DNA of 64,000 bases from contig CM119386.1 in NCBI GenBank assembly GCA_051294905.1, forward strand, positions 20,584,001-20,648,000. Reading direction: 5' to 3'. This document shows positions 11,113-19,521 of this stretch, piece after piece. Under the pieces are notes generated by a model. That model did not search any database. It saw nothing but the letters and a program-made list of their open reading frames with translations, and was not told where the DNA came from. Every line of letters starts with the position of its first letter. Position 1 is the first letter of the stretch. The translations under genes were made by a program, and so were the position numbers. Source of the DNA: Botryllus schlosseri (taxonomy: Eukaryota).

Positions 11113-12074
11113 TTACTGAGGATTACCTTGTGTGTCAGGAATCTGATCACTAGGGTCGTCATTATTATACCGCGGGTCCAGAGATATCGTTTTCAACAGA
11201 GCCCCAAACCTTTTTTTACGGGGGTATCTTCTCTTCCAAAGCCACTCCCCCACATAATCGGCTAGTAAATGACGTGCTAGACCCCTCGATCTGTGTAAAT
11301 GATATTTCAGCGAGCTCCAGCAAGCCTCTAAATCATTGGTATGAACGCCCTGGGCAGATTTAAACGTGGTGGCGTGGTCAACTGATCCATGTTTATAGCC
11401 CTGCCCCCAACTTTCAATGCCCTTATACGATGGATAGCCATCTGTCAGAATGGTTGAACCTCTGGCTACATTCTTAATTATAAGTCTTTTCAGAACGTCC
11501 GCTGTTCGGTCAGATGTGATCTCCACAAACATGTCACCGGTACCTCGGTCCAGGCCACCGAAAGCCCAGACAGCCTTCACTGCTTGTTGACCGCTACCAG
11601 CTGCCCGTTTCCGCTTGGCCAAGTGGGTTTCGTCCAGGATTACAGTTCGGCCAACCCCGCCTAATTTCCGTTTACGTCTTTGTATGTAAGCAGAGCACAT
11701 CTTGCGCAGTTGTCCAGACCATTCTACCGTCGTACGTGCGCTGATCTCGGCCTCATGGGCCATTTGAATTTGTAGAGAGTCTTGGGCCCAAAAATAACTT
11801 AATACTAGCAGCTGGGGCAATCCAAGTTTGCTCTTTGAAAAAAATGAGTACTTGCGGATAGTAGCAGTGGTCCTACAAGATGAGCACCTCCATCTCCATC
11901 CGTCCGAAATTCTCTCGGTAGTCCGTTCTTCCTTCATCCATCTTGAGCATTCTCTGCAAATCATTTGTTTTCTCAGTAGACCCCGGCTTCTTAAAAAAGG
12001 GATGCAATCGCGTGTATGGGGTAAGGCTCCCATTTCCACCAATCGCAGCACATTGTAATCCTCGACGAAGGAGT
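11113..12074 (-). CDS. Merlin/IS1595 (ISXO2-like) DDE transposase, probably expressed from a spliced mRNA
   Basis: Zinc ribbon CREC...WRWRCSSC; catalytic motifs VILDETH, ILTDGYPSY, VDH, HTNDLEACWSSLK. ORF-track start 12099 is TTG inside a polypyrimidine tract ending CAG at 12077-12075. Confidence 0.9.
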
Positions 12075-12161
12075 CTGAAAAGTAAATAAAAAAGTACAAG
12101 TTCCTTTAACGATCGATCACTCCCCAGCAGTTAAATCTCGACGGCAGCGTCACCCTGCATC

Positions 12162-15100
12162 CTAGGCCAGGTTCTCCATCAGTATATACCCTGACGGTAT
12201 TGGCCCTTCGCACAGTATTACCTCGTGATTATGCGACTGTAAGAGTCGTAGACCTATCCTTCTGAGGTCGTTCGCCCTCATTCTCAGAACCGTTCTACGC
12301 CCACGTGCCTTTGTTGTGTTAATCTTACTCAAATGGATGAACCGTCGGTTCATTCTGTGTAGTTGGGTATCAATGATTTGACGGGCACCTTCGTCCGTCG
12401 TTGTGTGATACAGCATGTCATCGCCTAGGTACTCTTCGTATGGGGGTGGCATCCCTTTGGTGTGCCCGTGCGCTGCAGCCAGGCCTTCACCGGACATCAC
12501 TGCCCTGTCGCAATTGGCCATGATATCCTCAATTTCAGTTATCCCGAGGTCTTGTCGCAACTTGTCTTTGATTATTCCGCGAACTTCTTCCCAGGGGTGG
12601 TATCCATCGACAGAGTTTGCGCAATACTCGTGCCGACAGTGGAACATCAGGGTTCGCTGTATTTTCTCTTGTTGAAATTCTTTGTGTCCCGGGAGGGTGG
12701 CCCAGACATGAGGGTCATCATCTCTAGCAGCCATTTCCATCCAATAGGATCGGGACAATCCATCTGAAGTAAACACTTGGAACGTGCTCAAATGGATTAC
12801 CTCTTTTATCTGGAATCCGGAGAGATGATTTAGCCACCTTTGAATCAATGGCTTTGGGCTCGGGTTTTTTGCCTCATCTGTCATTCTTTTCAGGAGTCCA
12901 AAAACTCCCATGTTGTCAGTAATTATAGTGAAGGGTAAGGCGCGCAGCATCGACTGCCATTTCTCCACTGAATCCTTCAGGGCTTTAAGCTCTTTGGTGC
13001 ATGGGTCATAGGCTTTCGCCGTCGGAGTTACCCACTTTTGACTGTAGTAAGCGATCGGATACACCTCTTTGAAAGGGGGTTTTTCCCCCACATCCGTTTG
13101 AAAAATTACGGAGCCAAACCCTACATCTGATGCGTCAGTTTCCACAAAAATGGGAAGTCCTGGATCCAGATGATACAGTACCTTGGCACTGTCGAGTGCA
13201 GCTTGAGCTGTTTTGTAGTCCTGCAATAATTCTTCGGTCCAAAGCACCGGTGTCATTTTACCTCGAGTCGCTGGGACTTTTCCCGTTAGCGCATCAAATT
13301 TTGCCAACTTCAAGCTTAACTCTGGGATGTGCTCCGAGATGTAGCGCAGAGCGCCAATCCATCCTCGTAATTCGTATATATTTCGGGGTGGCGAAAGCTC
13401 CCGCAGAGCCCTTATTCTCTCAGGCTGGACCTCGATTTCTTTTCCCGTCAAGGTCGCTCCTAGGAGATTTGCCCTCCGTTTTCCAATAAAGCATTTATTG
13501 ATGCTGAGCGTCAATTTCATTTTAGCAAGCTGTTCAAATACCAACCGTAGGAGAAGCAAATGGTCGTCTACCGTTTTTGTGCTAAGGAAAATGTCGTCTA
13601 TGTAGGCCTCCATAGGCGTCGCATTCTCCTCATCCGATCGGCCATTTTGCTTCATGCGTTGGCGATACTTTTCCGTGATGGGTTTCACCGCGCATTCTTG
13701 CATGTTAGCGCTCCAAAGGGCAACTGCGGTCTTCAATCCCATCACAATCTTGCGCCATCTTACGTGCATTCCTTTGATGGCTATTCCCACATATTGCTTG
13801 GATCTTTCCGTGATATCCATGTGGAAATAGGCTTTCTTCAAATCCAGCAGGGAGAGCACTTCTCTTCCCTGGGCGAGTTGTTTTACATCTGGTACTAAGG
13901 GTGGAGGGACTTCGATTGACTTTATAGCAGCGTTCAGGGGCTGGAGATTCTGTACGACTCTCCATGATTGCTTCCACCCGTCCTCCTGCTTCTGTCTTTC
14001 ATTCATTTTTTGTGGGACGACAAAGATGGCCAGTTTCCATTCGGCAAATCCTTGCTCAATTATTCCCAGGTCCAAGAAGTTGTCCACTGCTTCTTTTAAC
14101 GCCTTCGCCTGGCCCTCCCCTTTCAGATTATAAGGTCCAGAAACAAAAGGCTTAGTCGAGGGATCCCTGAGTTCTATGTCACACTTATACTTCATGGCTT
14201 GAGGGGCTCGTAAGTGGCCACGCAGGTCCTCTAGTTCAGCTGCGAAAGGCTCATAGACGGCTTTCCAAACTTCGTCGGCAATGATGGTATTTTCCGGGGT
14301 CGTTAGATCAGGAGGTTTGTATGGAAGTTTCGCTAGTGCTACCGATTGTGCACAGAGACTTTCGAGATCCGTCTTAACGCTAAGACTGGTACCTTGTTGT
14401 AAGGTGTACGTGGTAACAGGGCCAATTATCGGCCGATGCGAATCACGTGAAAAACGGGGTTTTGGTGTTGGTGGAGAGGGGGCGAGGTTCTTCGTTGTCA
14501 GCGGGGATTCCCTACCTATCCAATCTGACCTCTGAACTCGGTGCGTGCCCACACCTACCGTCACGCCGACGGACTCAATCTCCGCCGGGGGCCCTGTTTC
14601 TGGGGAGACGTGCATCTTAAAATCCCCAGACTCCTTGTCGGACGCGCCTGGACCTACGTCCGGTTGACCGACAATAGCTGCTTCGTTTGAACCTTTTGGG
14701 AAGTTACTCATAACTGTGGCTGTCGTCCTGCATCTTTGGGCCGAATTATTACAGTTATTCGGGCAAGTGCATCCACGAGAGCTTTCAGGACCAGTTTTCT
14801 CGTGCAGGTCCTTATTTACGTCAGCCGGGATTCCGCGCTCGACGTCTTCATTAATAGTGCCAGCAGGGATTCCTGTCTCGACACTAGGGGTTTCCCGTAG
14901 GTTTCTCTCGACGTTAGTGGTATTTACCAACCCGTCGTCCGCGCCAGTGGCGATTGCCATCTCGACACTTGCGTCAGCGGCGACGGCCGGCAATAATGAC
15001 CGGCGCGCCGACTCGACGCTTATCTGATTTGCAGCTTCCATCAACCCATCGTCGGTAGCAGCGTTGCAAGGACTGTTTCCGACTCTGGTTCCATCCCGTC

Positions 15101-15632
15101 GATCGCACGAGATCTCGTCATGTAGTGTTACTAAAGACAACTCTTCGTTTGCATTAGACGGAGTTTTGAATTCAGTCGTTATGTTCGGTAATTGTTGTAC
15201 CTGATCAATCCATTTTAACCCAATAATATTGAGAGGGACTCCTTTCCCGGTTGCAAATGGAACCGGTAGTCCATCGAAATCAATTATTACCAAGGAGTCA
15301 ACGTGGGAAGAGCCCCCTATGCCGCGTAATTTCATGTCTAGGGGTTGTCGCTCCTCCCAGCTTCGTGGGTATTTGGTCTTAACAACACTTTTCATTATTA
15401 AATTGGGGATGCTTCCCGTGTCGGCCAAGAATTTAGTTTCCGTTGTGGTGTCAACCAAATACAAGAGCCGACCGCCGAATAATTCCGTAAAGTCTGGCTG
15501 TAGTGGGTTATCCGGTGTATCAAGAAATGTAAATAGGGGTAGAGAAGCATTATGTACAGTTTTTGCGTGTTGGGGTAATAAGTTATCTGGGAGCTGATTT
15601 ACCGGATCAATCAGCACCCCCAGTCGTTTTTT
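12162..15632 (-). CDS. pol: Pol: aspartic protease, spacer, reverse transcriptase, RNase H, C-terminal Tpt1/KptA-like domain; no integrase
   Basis: FLADTGS protease motif; RT WRVVQNLQPLN, LLDLKKAYF, YIDD; Ty3/gypsy-type RNase H VETDASDVG...KELKAL...TDN...DGLSR; final ~167 aa match Tpt1 motifs; no HHCC or DD35E integrase. Entered by -1 frameshift from gag. Confidence 0.93.
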   Translation of the reverse strand, partial: KKRLGVLIDPVNQLPDNLLPQHAKTVHNASLPLFTFLDTPDNPLQPDFTELFGGRLLYLVDTTTETKFLADTGSIPNLIMKSVVKTKYPRSWEERQPLDMKLRGIGGSSHVDSLVIIDFDGLPVPFATGKGVPLNIIGLKWIDQVQQLPNITTEFKTPSNANEELSLVTLHDEISCDRRDGTRVGNSPCNAATDDGLMEAANQISVESARRSLLPAVAADASVEMAIATGADDGLVNTTNVERNLRETPSVETGIPAGTINEDVERGIPADVNKDLHEKTGPESSRGCTCPNNCNNSAQRCRTTATVMSNFPKGSNEAAIVGQPDVGPGASDKESGDFKMHVSPETGPPAEIESVGVTVGVGTHRVQRSDWIGRESPLTTKNLAPSPPTPKPRFSRDSHRPIIGPVTTYTLQQGTSLSVKTDLESLCAQSVALAKLPYKPPDLTTPENTIIADEVWKAVYEPFAAELEDLRGHLRAPQAMKYKCDIELRDPSTKPFVSGPYNLKGEGQAKALKEAVDNFLDLGIIEQGFAEWKLAIFVVPQKMNERQKQEDGWKQSWRVVQNLQPLNAAIKSIEVPPPLVPDVKQLAQGREVLSLLDLKKAYFHMDITERSKQYVGIAIKGMHVRWRKIVMGLKTAVALWSANMQECAVKPITEKYRQRMKQNGRSDEENATPMEAYIDDIFLSTKTVDDHLLLLRLVFEQLAKMKLTLSINKCFIGKRRANLLGATLTGKEIEVQPERIRALRELSPPRNIYELRGWIGALRYISEHIPELSLKLAKFDALTGKVPATRGKMTPVLWTEELLQDYKTAQAALDSAKVLYHLDPGLPIFVETDASDVGFGSVIFQTDVGEKPPFKEVYPIAYYSQKWVTPTAKAYDPCTKELKALKDSVEKWQSMLRALPFTIITDNMGVFGLLKRMTDEAKNPSPKPLIQRWLNHLSGFQIKEVIHLSTFQVFTSDGLSRSYWMEMAARDDDPHVWATLPGHKEFQQEKIQRTLMFHCRHEYCANSVDGYHPWEEVRGIIKDKLRQDLGITEIEDIMANCDRAVMSGEGLAAAHGHTKGMPPPYEEYLGDDMLYHTTTDEGARQIIDTQLHRMNRRFIHLSKINTTKARGRRTVLRMRANDLRRIGLRLLQSHNHEVILCEGPIPSGYILMENLA

Positions 15633-18484
15633 GAGAGTCTCAAGCCTTGTTCTAGTTCCTCATCCGTCCAATGCGAGGCGTCATAGCGACGTGGAGGACG
15701 GCGATATAGCGGTTCCGTCCAGGCCACTTGGCTATTGCCCTGGTTCGGTTGTTCAGGTGGGCCCTGAGGACCCCACTGATCCCTATCATGCCAGTGGGTT
15801 CTATCTCTATTTTTTGGCCTAGAGTCATAATAGGCCTCGCACAAGGCAGTTCTCTGTGTCAGAGAGGGAGAACCTTGGGTGGCAAGGTATCGGTCGAGGT
15901 CCGGGACCGTCAATATGTTATTCCTTGCAAGGAAAGGCTCCCAGTTGCGTTTTGTGGACTCCTTAACGCGTGGGGGTACCGGTCGTATTCGTTTGCGAAC
16001 TACCCAACCTAAGGTATCATCCTTGGCAATCACCTCCTCATTTAGCCAAAGCACGAATTTTGCCACGCAATTACGGGATTGGTGTCCCGGGGCCTTACAA
16101 TAATAACATACGGATAAGGACTGCCCCTGAGGGGGGTTCAGATACAAGCCTAGAGGGGCGAAAATGTTGGGGTTCCCAAGAAAATTATACCTCTCACCTT
16201 GGCTCTCCGCGATGCGGAGGGCTTCCTGACTGCTAGACGGCGTGATTTCCTGGCTGTCCCCGCCGATTCCAGAGTCCTGCGTATTCATCACCCGAGGTCT
16301 CCGGTTCGAAGTACTTGGCCCCTGACTTGTTTGAGGAGATCTGGAGTTCCGTGCTGGTGGAACGCTCGGTCCATTCGATGCGTTGCGCCCATTTTGTGTT
16401 CGGGAAGGTTTGGCCCTGGTAGCCGGGCCCTGTCTGCCAAATCCATTTCCACTCATTACATTGGTAGGAAAACGGTTGGTCTTTGCGCCGCGAGGAGGGC
16501 CACGTCGTGGCTGCGAAGCTTGCCCGACGCCGACGGGCTGCCGTGGCGACATATTCCCCGTCGGTCTGGGTGGTGTCCCCCCGATCATGTGCAGAGGTTG
16601 TTGGGGTGAGGGTGGTTGCACCATCGGAAGTGGTGGTGTAGTCGGTGGAGGAGGGGTGTTTATTCGTTCATCTCCACCCCCGTGAGTAGGGTAACTGTGC
16701 ATCATGGGTCCTGCAGGCTGAACATTATATATGTGTACAGGCGGTAGGGGCGACATTGCTTCACGCGTCTTTCTGGCCTCCCGAGTGGTGGGTCGTACCT
16801 CTTGTTCATCCAAGAACTCAGAATTCCAGTACAGCTGCAAATCCTCTGCCACCTCTTGCCAGGACCTGCTATCCCATCCCCGCATCAGCAGTCTAAGTGC
16901 TTCTGGTAATCGTTGTCTTAGGTTGCGGAAAAGTCGCAGCCCATCCGGATTCTCGTTGATTTCCGCCTCCATATCTATCTCTAGTTGCTTTAGGGCGCTA
17001 TTCAACAGCGGAAGAGGTTCGTCTTCCCACTGATAATTCCTCCGGAAGTCGTTGATGACTTTTTCATTGTTAACCAAGCCTTGCGGGTTGGATAGCGACA
17101 ATGATTTCATGACCGAAACCCATTTTGCATTTCCCGAGTTGGTGTTGAAGAAATTCCCTAGCTGATTAGCTTGTTTGAGGCGACCCGCACTTCTCAACTT
17201 CTTCTGCATGGCATTAGCCAGGATGATATCAGTATCAGTGCCGCCCTCACCGTGTCGTATACGCCTCATCGTATTAGCCATCCACTTTAGAAGTGGCATG
17301 TCCCCAGGGTCCATCATTAGCTGTAGCATCTCCTTTTCGGACTGGAACCTTTCGGGCGTAGTCAACACCGGGTTTACGGCATCATTCCGTGGTTGTTCTC
17401 GCGGAAGTCTCGATCTACCTTCGCTTTCTCTTGGGGTAGATGTGTATCGAGGTAATCTGAGGTATTCAGCGATGTCCGAAATATCCTCTGCGGGTTCGCT
17501 TGGGTTGGGCCGACCAGAGTCCCGTTGAAGCGTCCGCGTGGTTTCCCGAATGGCCTCCCGTGCCTCCGCTATTTGTCTACCCAATCTGTCCAATTGGGCG
17601 TCAGTATCTTCCCCCGAGTCTTCAGGCTCTTCGCTTTCGCCTTGTCGGTAGTTCGTTCTCCCTTCCTGAAAGGTAACGCGCCTTGTTGGAGTGCTGGCCG
17701 CACCTTGTGTCCTGGTCCGGGTTCCTTCGGCTGCTCGTTGATCGTCGAGCCATGCGCCGAGCCGTTCTCGAGCGTGTGCATAGTCCTCGTCTGAATCTGG
17801 TCCAGTGTCTGTTCCGGTTCCACTCAGCTGAAATAGACTGGGTGTATCGACTAGGCTCCCCCTTCGTCTTTCGGGGCGTGTCCCATTCCAAACTGGAAAG
17901 CATGGAGTCGTTTTTGGATGAGAATCTGATGGCGACTTCGGCTTGGAACCTGGCAACGTAGGGTAGACTGTCGTTACGGTATGGCAATCCAGGCCCTTTT
18001 GGACTGTAAACGTGGGCAGTGGCGCTGTTGCCCTGGACGATTTCCCAACGGGCGGATCATACGCCGGGGGAGGTGCTGTAGCCATTACGGACAGGGGAGA
18101 AGGTGGTGGTGGTTTACTTTCAACCACTTGGGCATGGGCTTTGCCCAGTTCAAATTCCGATTTCAGAATCTCACTGAGGACTTCAGTGGAGACTTTCCCG
18201 CTAACCTTCGAAGTTGCATCGCATACTGCTTTGAGGTCGGCTTGAGCTCGCCTGACTTCTTTCTTGGCTTTTTCCAGCCCCTTCATTGTCTCGGGCAGAG
18301 TTGATTTGACTTCTTTTAGTACCTTCGTTTGATCAGCCACGTCTTTTGCCAACTGTCTTTCTTGTTGTCTGACGCCTTCGTGGCGTTTTTGCGTGGCTTT
18401 CAGTAGCTTGATGCCCTGCTCGAGCTCGCCTGCCGCCTTTGACGACTTATTCTTCTTTTTAAATAATTTTAGCATTTTTCGCAT
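15611..18484 (-). CDS. gag: Gag polyprotein, 957 aa
   Basis: Upstream of and overlapping pol; basic N-terminus, coiled coil, PPAY and YPTL late-domain-like motifs, single CCHC knuckle CYYCKAPGHQSRNC. Confidence 0.9.
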   Translation of the reverse strand: MRKMLKLFKKKNKSSKAAGELEQGIKLLKATQKRHEGVRQQERQLAKDVADQTKVLKEVKSTLPETMKGLEKAKKEVRRAQADLKAVCDATSKVSGKVSTEVLSEILKSEFELGKAHAQVVESKPPPPSPLSVMATAPPPAYDPPVGKSSRATAPLPTFTVQKGLDCHTVTTVYPTLPGSKPKSPSDSHPKTTPCFPVWNGTRPERRRGSLVDTPSLFQLSGTGTDTGPDSDEDYAHARERLGAWLDDQRAAEGTRTRTQGAASTPTRRVTFQEGRTNYRQGESEEPEDSGEDTDAQLDRLGRQIAEAREAIRETTRTLQRDSGRPNPSEPAEDISDIAEYLRLPRYTSTPRESEGRSRLPREQPRNDAVNPVLTTPERFQSEKEMLQLMMDPGDMPLLKWMANTMRRIRHGEGGTDTDIILANAMQKKLRSAGRLKQANQLGNFFNTNSGNAKWVSVMKSLSLSNPQGLVNNEKVINDFRRNYQWEDEPLPLLNSALKQLEIDMEAEINENPDGLRLFRNLRQRLPEALRLLMRGWDSRSWQEVAEDLQLYWNSEFLDEQEVRPTTREARKTREAMSPLPPVHIYNVQPAGPMMHSYPTHGGGDERINTPPPPTTPPLPMVQPPSPQQPLHMIGGTPPRPTGNMSPRQPVGVGQASQPRRGPPRGAKTNRFPTNVMSGNGFGRQGPATRAKPSRTQNGRNASNGPSVPPARNSRSPQTSQGPSTSNRRPRVMNTQDSGIGGDSQEITPSSSQEALRIAESQGERYNFLGNPNIFAPLGLYLNPPQGQSLSVCYYCKAPGHQSRNCVAKFVLWLNEEVIAKDDTLGWVVRKRIRPVPPRVKESTKRNWEPFLARNNILTVPDLDRYLATQGSPSLTQRTALCEAYYDSRPKNRDRTHWHDRDQWGPQGPPEQPNQGNSQVAWTEPLYRRPPRRYDASHWTDEELEQGLRLSKNDWGC
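15626..15632 (-). promoter_or_regulatory. -1 ribosomal frameshift heptamer A AAA AAC
   Basis: X XXY YYZ heptamer in the gag frame five codons before the gag stop; pol is in the -1 frame; identical heptamer at 50408-50414 in element B. Confidence 0.85.
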
Positions 18485-18528
18485 AGTTTATGTAACTTTT
18501 GTTTGTCTGTATTTTGGTCCCGTACCTT

Positions 18529-18864
18529 TTATTGGCTAGGGGAAGTACCGTTACGAAGTAGATTACCCACGGTCGCGGTTTTGTTGTTTTCGATCACTCG
18601 CCCTTGCGTTGTAGGTGCGGAATACCTTCCGAAGATAACTGGGTCGGTCTCGTTGGCGATTGCCACAGCAAATCCGTTACGTGGGACAGTAAGTGCTTCG
18701 GCCGTTGTAGTGACGTCGTTAGAGAGACCTTCAGGGTTTGTAGTAGGAAAGAATACCGGCACGAGGTGTACGTAGACCGACGCCAACGTTATTAGCAGAG
18801 ATATAGCAGAAGTGATTACTGTCACTCCGAGCACGATTCTCACGAGGGTCGTCTTCGCGCACAT
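18529..18864 (-). CDS. Small leader ORF, putative type II membrane glycoprotein, 111 aa
   Basis: ATG start just downstream of the PBS; hydrophobic anchor at aa ~7-39; sequons NET, NKT, NGT; stops 45 nt before the gag ATG. Confidence 0.6.
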   Translation of the reverse strand: MCAKTTLVRIVLGVTVITSAISLLITLASVYVHLVPVFFPTTNPEGLSNDVTTTAEALTVPRNGFAVAIANETDPVIFGRYSAPTTQGRVIENNKTATVGNLLRNGTSPSQ

Positions 18865-18893
18865 TAATAGGTCACTGTTTTTTCACCGGAAAA

Positions 18894-18911
18894 ATCTCGC
18901 CGATGGCTCCA
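18894..18911 (-). promoter_or_regulatory. Putative tRNA primer-binding site (tRNA-Thr-like)
   Basis: Minus-strand TGG-A-GCCATCG-GCGAG-AT(T): geometry of CCA, U73 discriminator, 7-nt acceptor strand, 5-nt T-stem and T-loop start; lies between TATA region and first ORF. Confidence 0.65.
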
Positions 18912-19120
18912 GTAATGTCTTTATAGTGCAGCTCCGATAACGATTGTTATGCGAGTCGTCTACACTTGGTTCGGATTATTTCGCGGTGAGGAGTTGACCT
19001 TCTATTGCGCTGTATTGTCCAGACGACGTCCGTGGATGTTGATTGAAGCAGCAGTAGTTGCAGTAGTGGTACCTTTCAGTATCAGACAATGACCCTTAGG
19101 TCCAGAGTTCTAAACTAGTC

Positions 19121-19128
19121 TTATATAA
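19121..19128 (-). promoter_or_regulatory. TATA box candidate for the element A genomic RNA
   Basis: TTATATAA about 180 nt downstream (minus sense) of the enhancer-like array and about 210 nt upstream of the PBS. Confidence 0.5.
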
Positions 19129-19305
19129 CGTGTAATTAAGCCTTAATACAACCAAATACTCCAATAAATATCATGCAGACAGAATGAGGTATCTAAGCAA
19201 AACTCGGTTAAATTGGCACATAGAATATCCATCAATTATAACACAAGATAAAGCTTAAACCTATTCATATTCATGCACGATTAAATGTATTTTAAATACT
19301 CCAAG

Positions 19306-19521
19306 GTTTGTTTTCGCATACAAACTATGCGACGGCCTTTCCTGCCGAAGTGGTATCTTTCAGGGTTTGTTAACACATAATTAATGTGACGGCCTTTCCT
19401 GCCGTAAAATCTCATAGGTTTGTTTACACATATAATGCATGTGACGGCCTGTCCTGCCGTAAAGCAGCTCCGAGGTTAGTTTACACATCTAATGAATGTG
19501 ACGGCCTTTCCTGCCGTAAAG
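19306..19521. repeat. Four ~56-bp tandem repeats, enhancer-like
   Basis: Unit GGTTTGTTTACACAT...ATGTGACGGCCTTTCCTGCCGTAAA; cores at ~19330, 19387, 19441, 19498; contains forkhead-like TGTTTAC and ETS-like TTCCTG. Confidence 0.85.

Noticed and set aside
11113-12099. Independent bacterial IS1595 or free Merlin transposon inserted in the retroelement
   Set aside because: No TIRs or TSD, very short spacers, eukaryotic splice signals, and the same gene context in a diverged second copy.
12210-12225. AG|GTAATA donor near the end of pol as the source of a Pol-transposase fusion
   Set aside because: It is phase 0 while the transposase acceptor is phase 1, and it is not conserved in element B.
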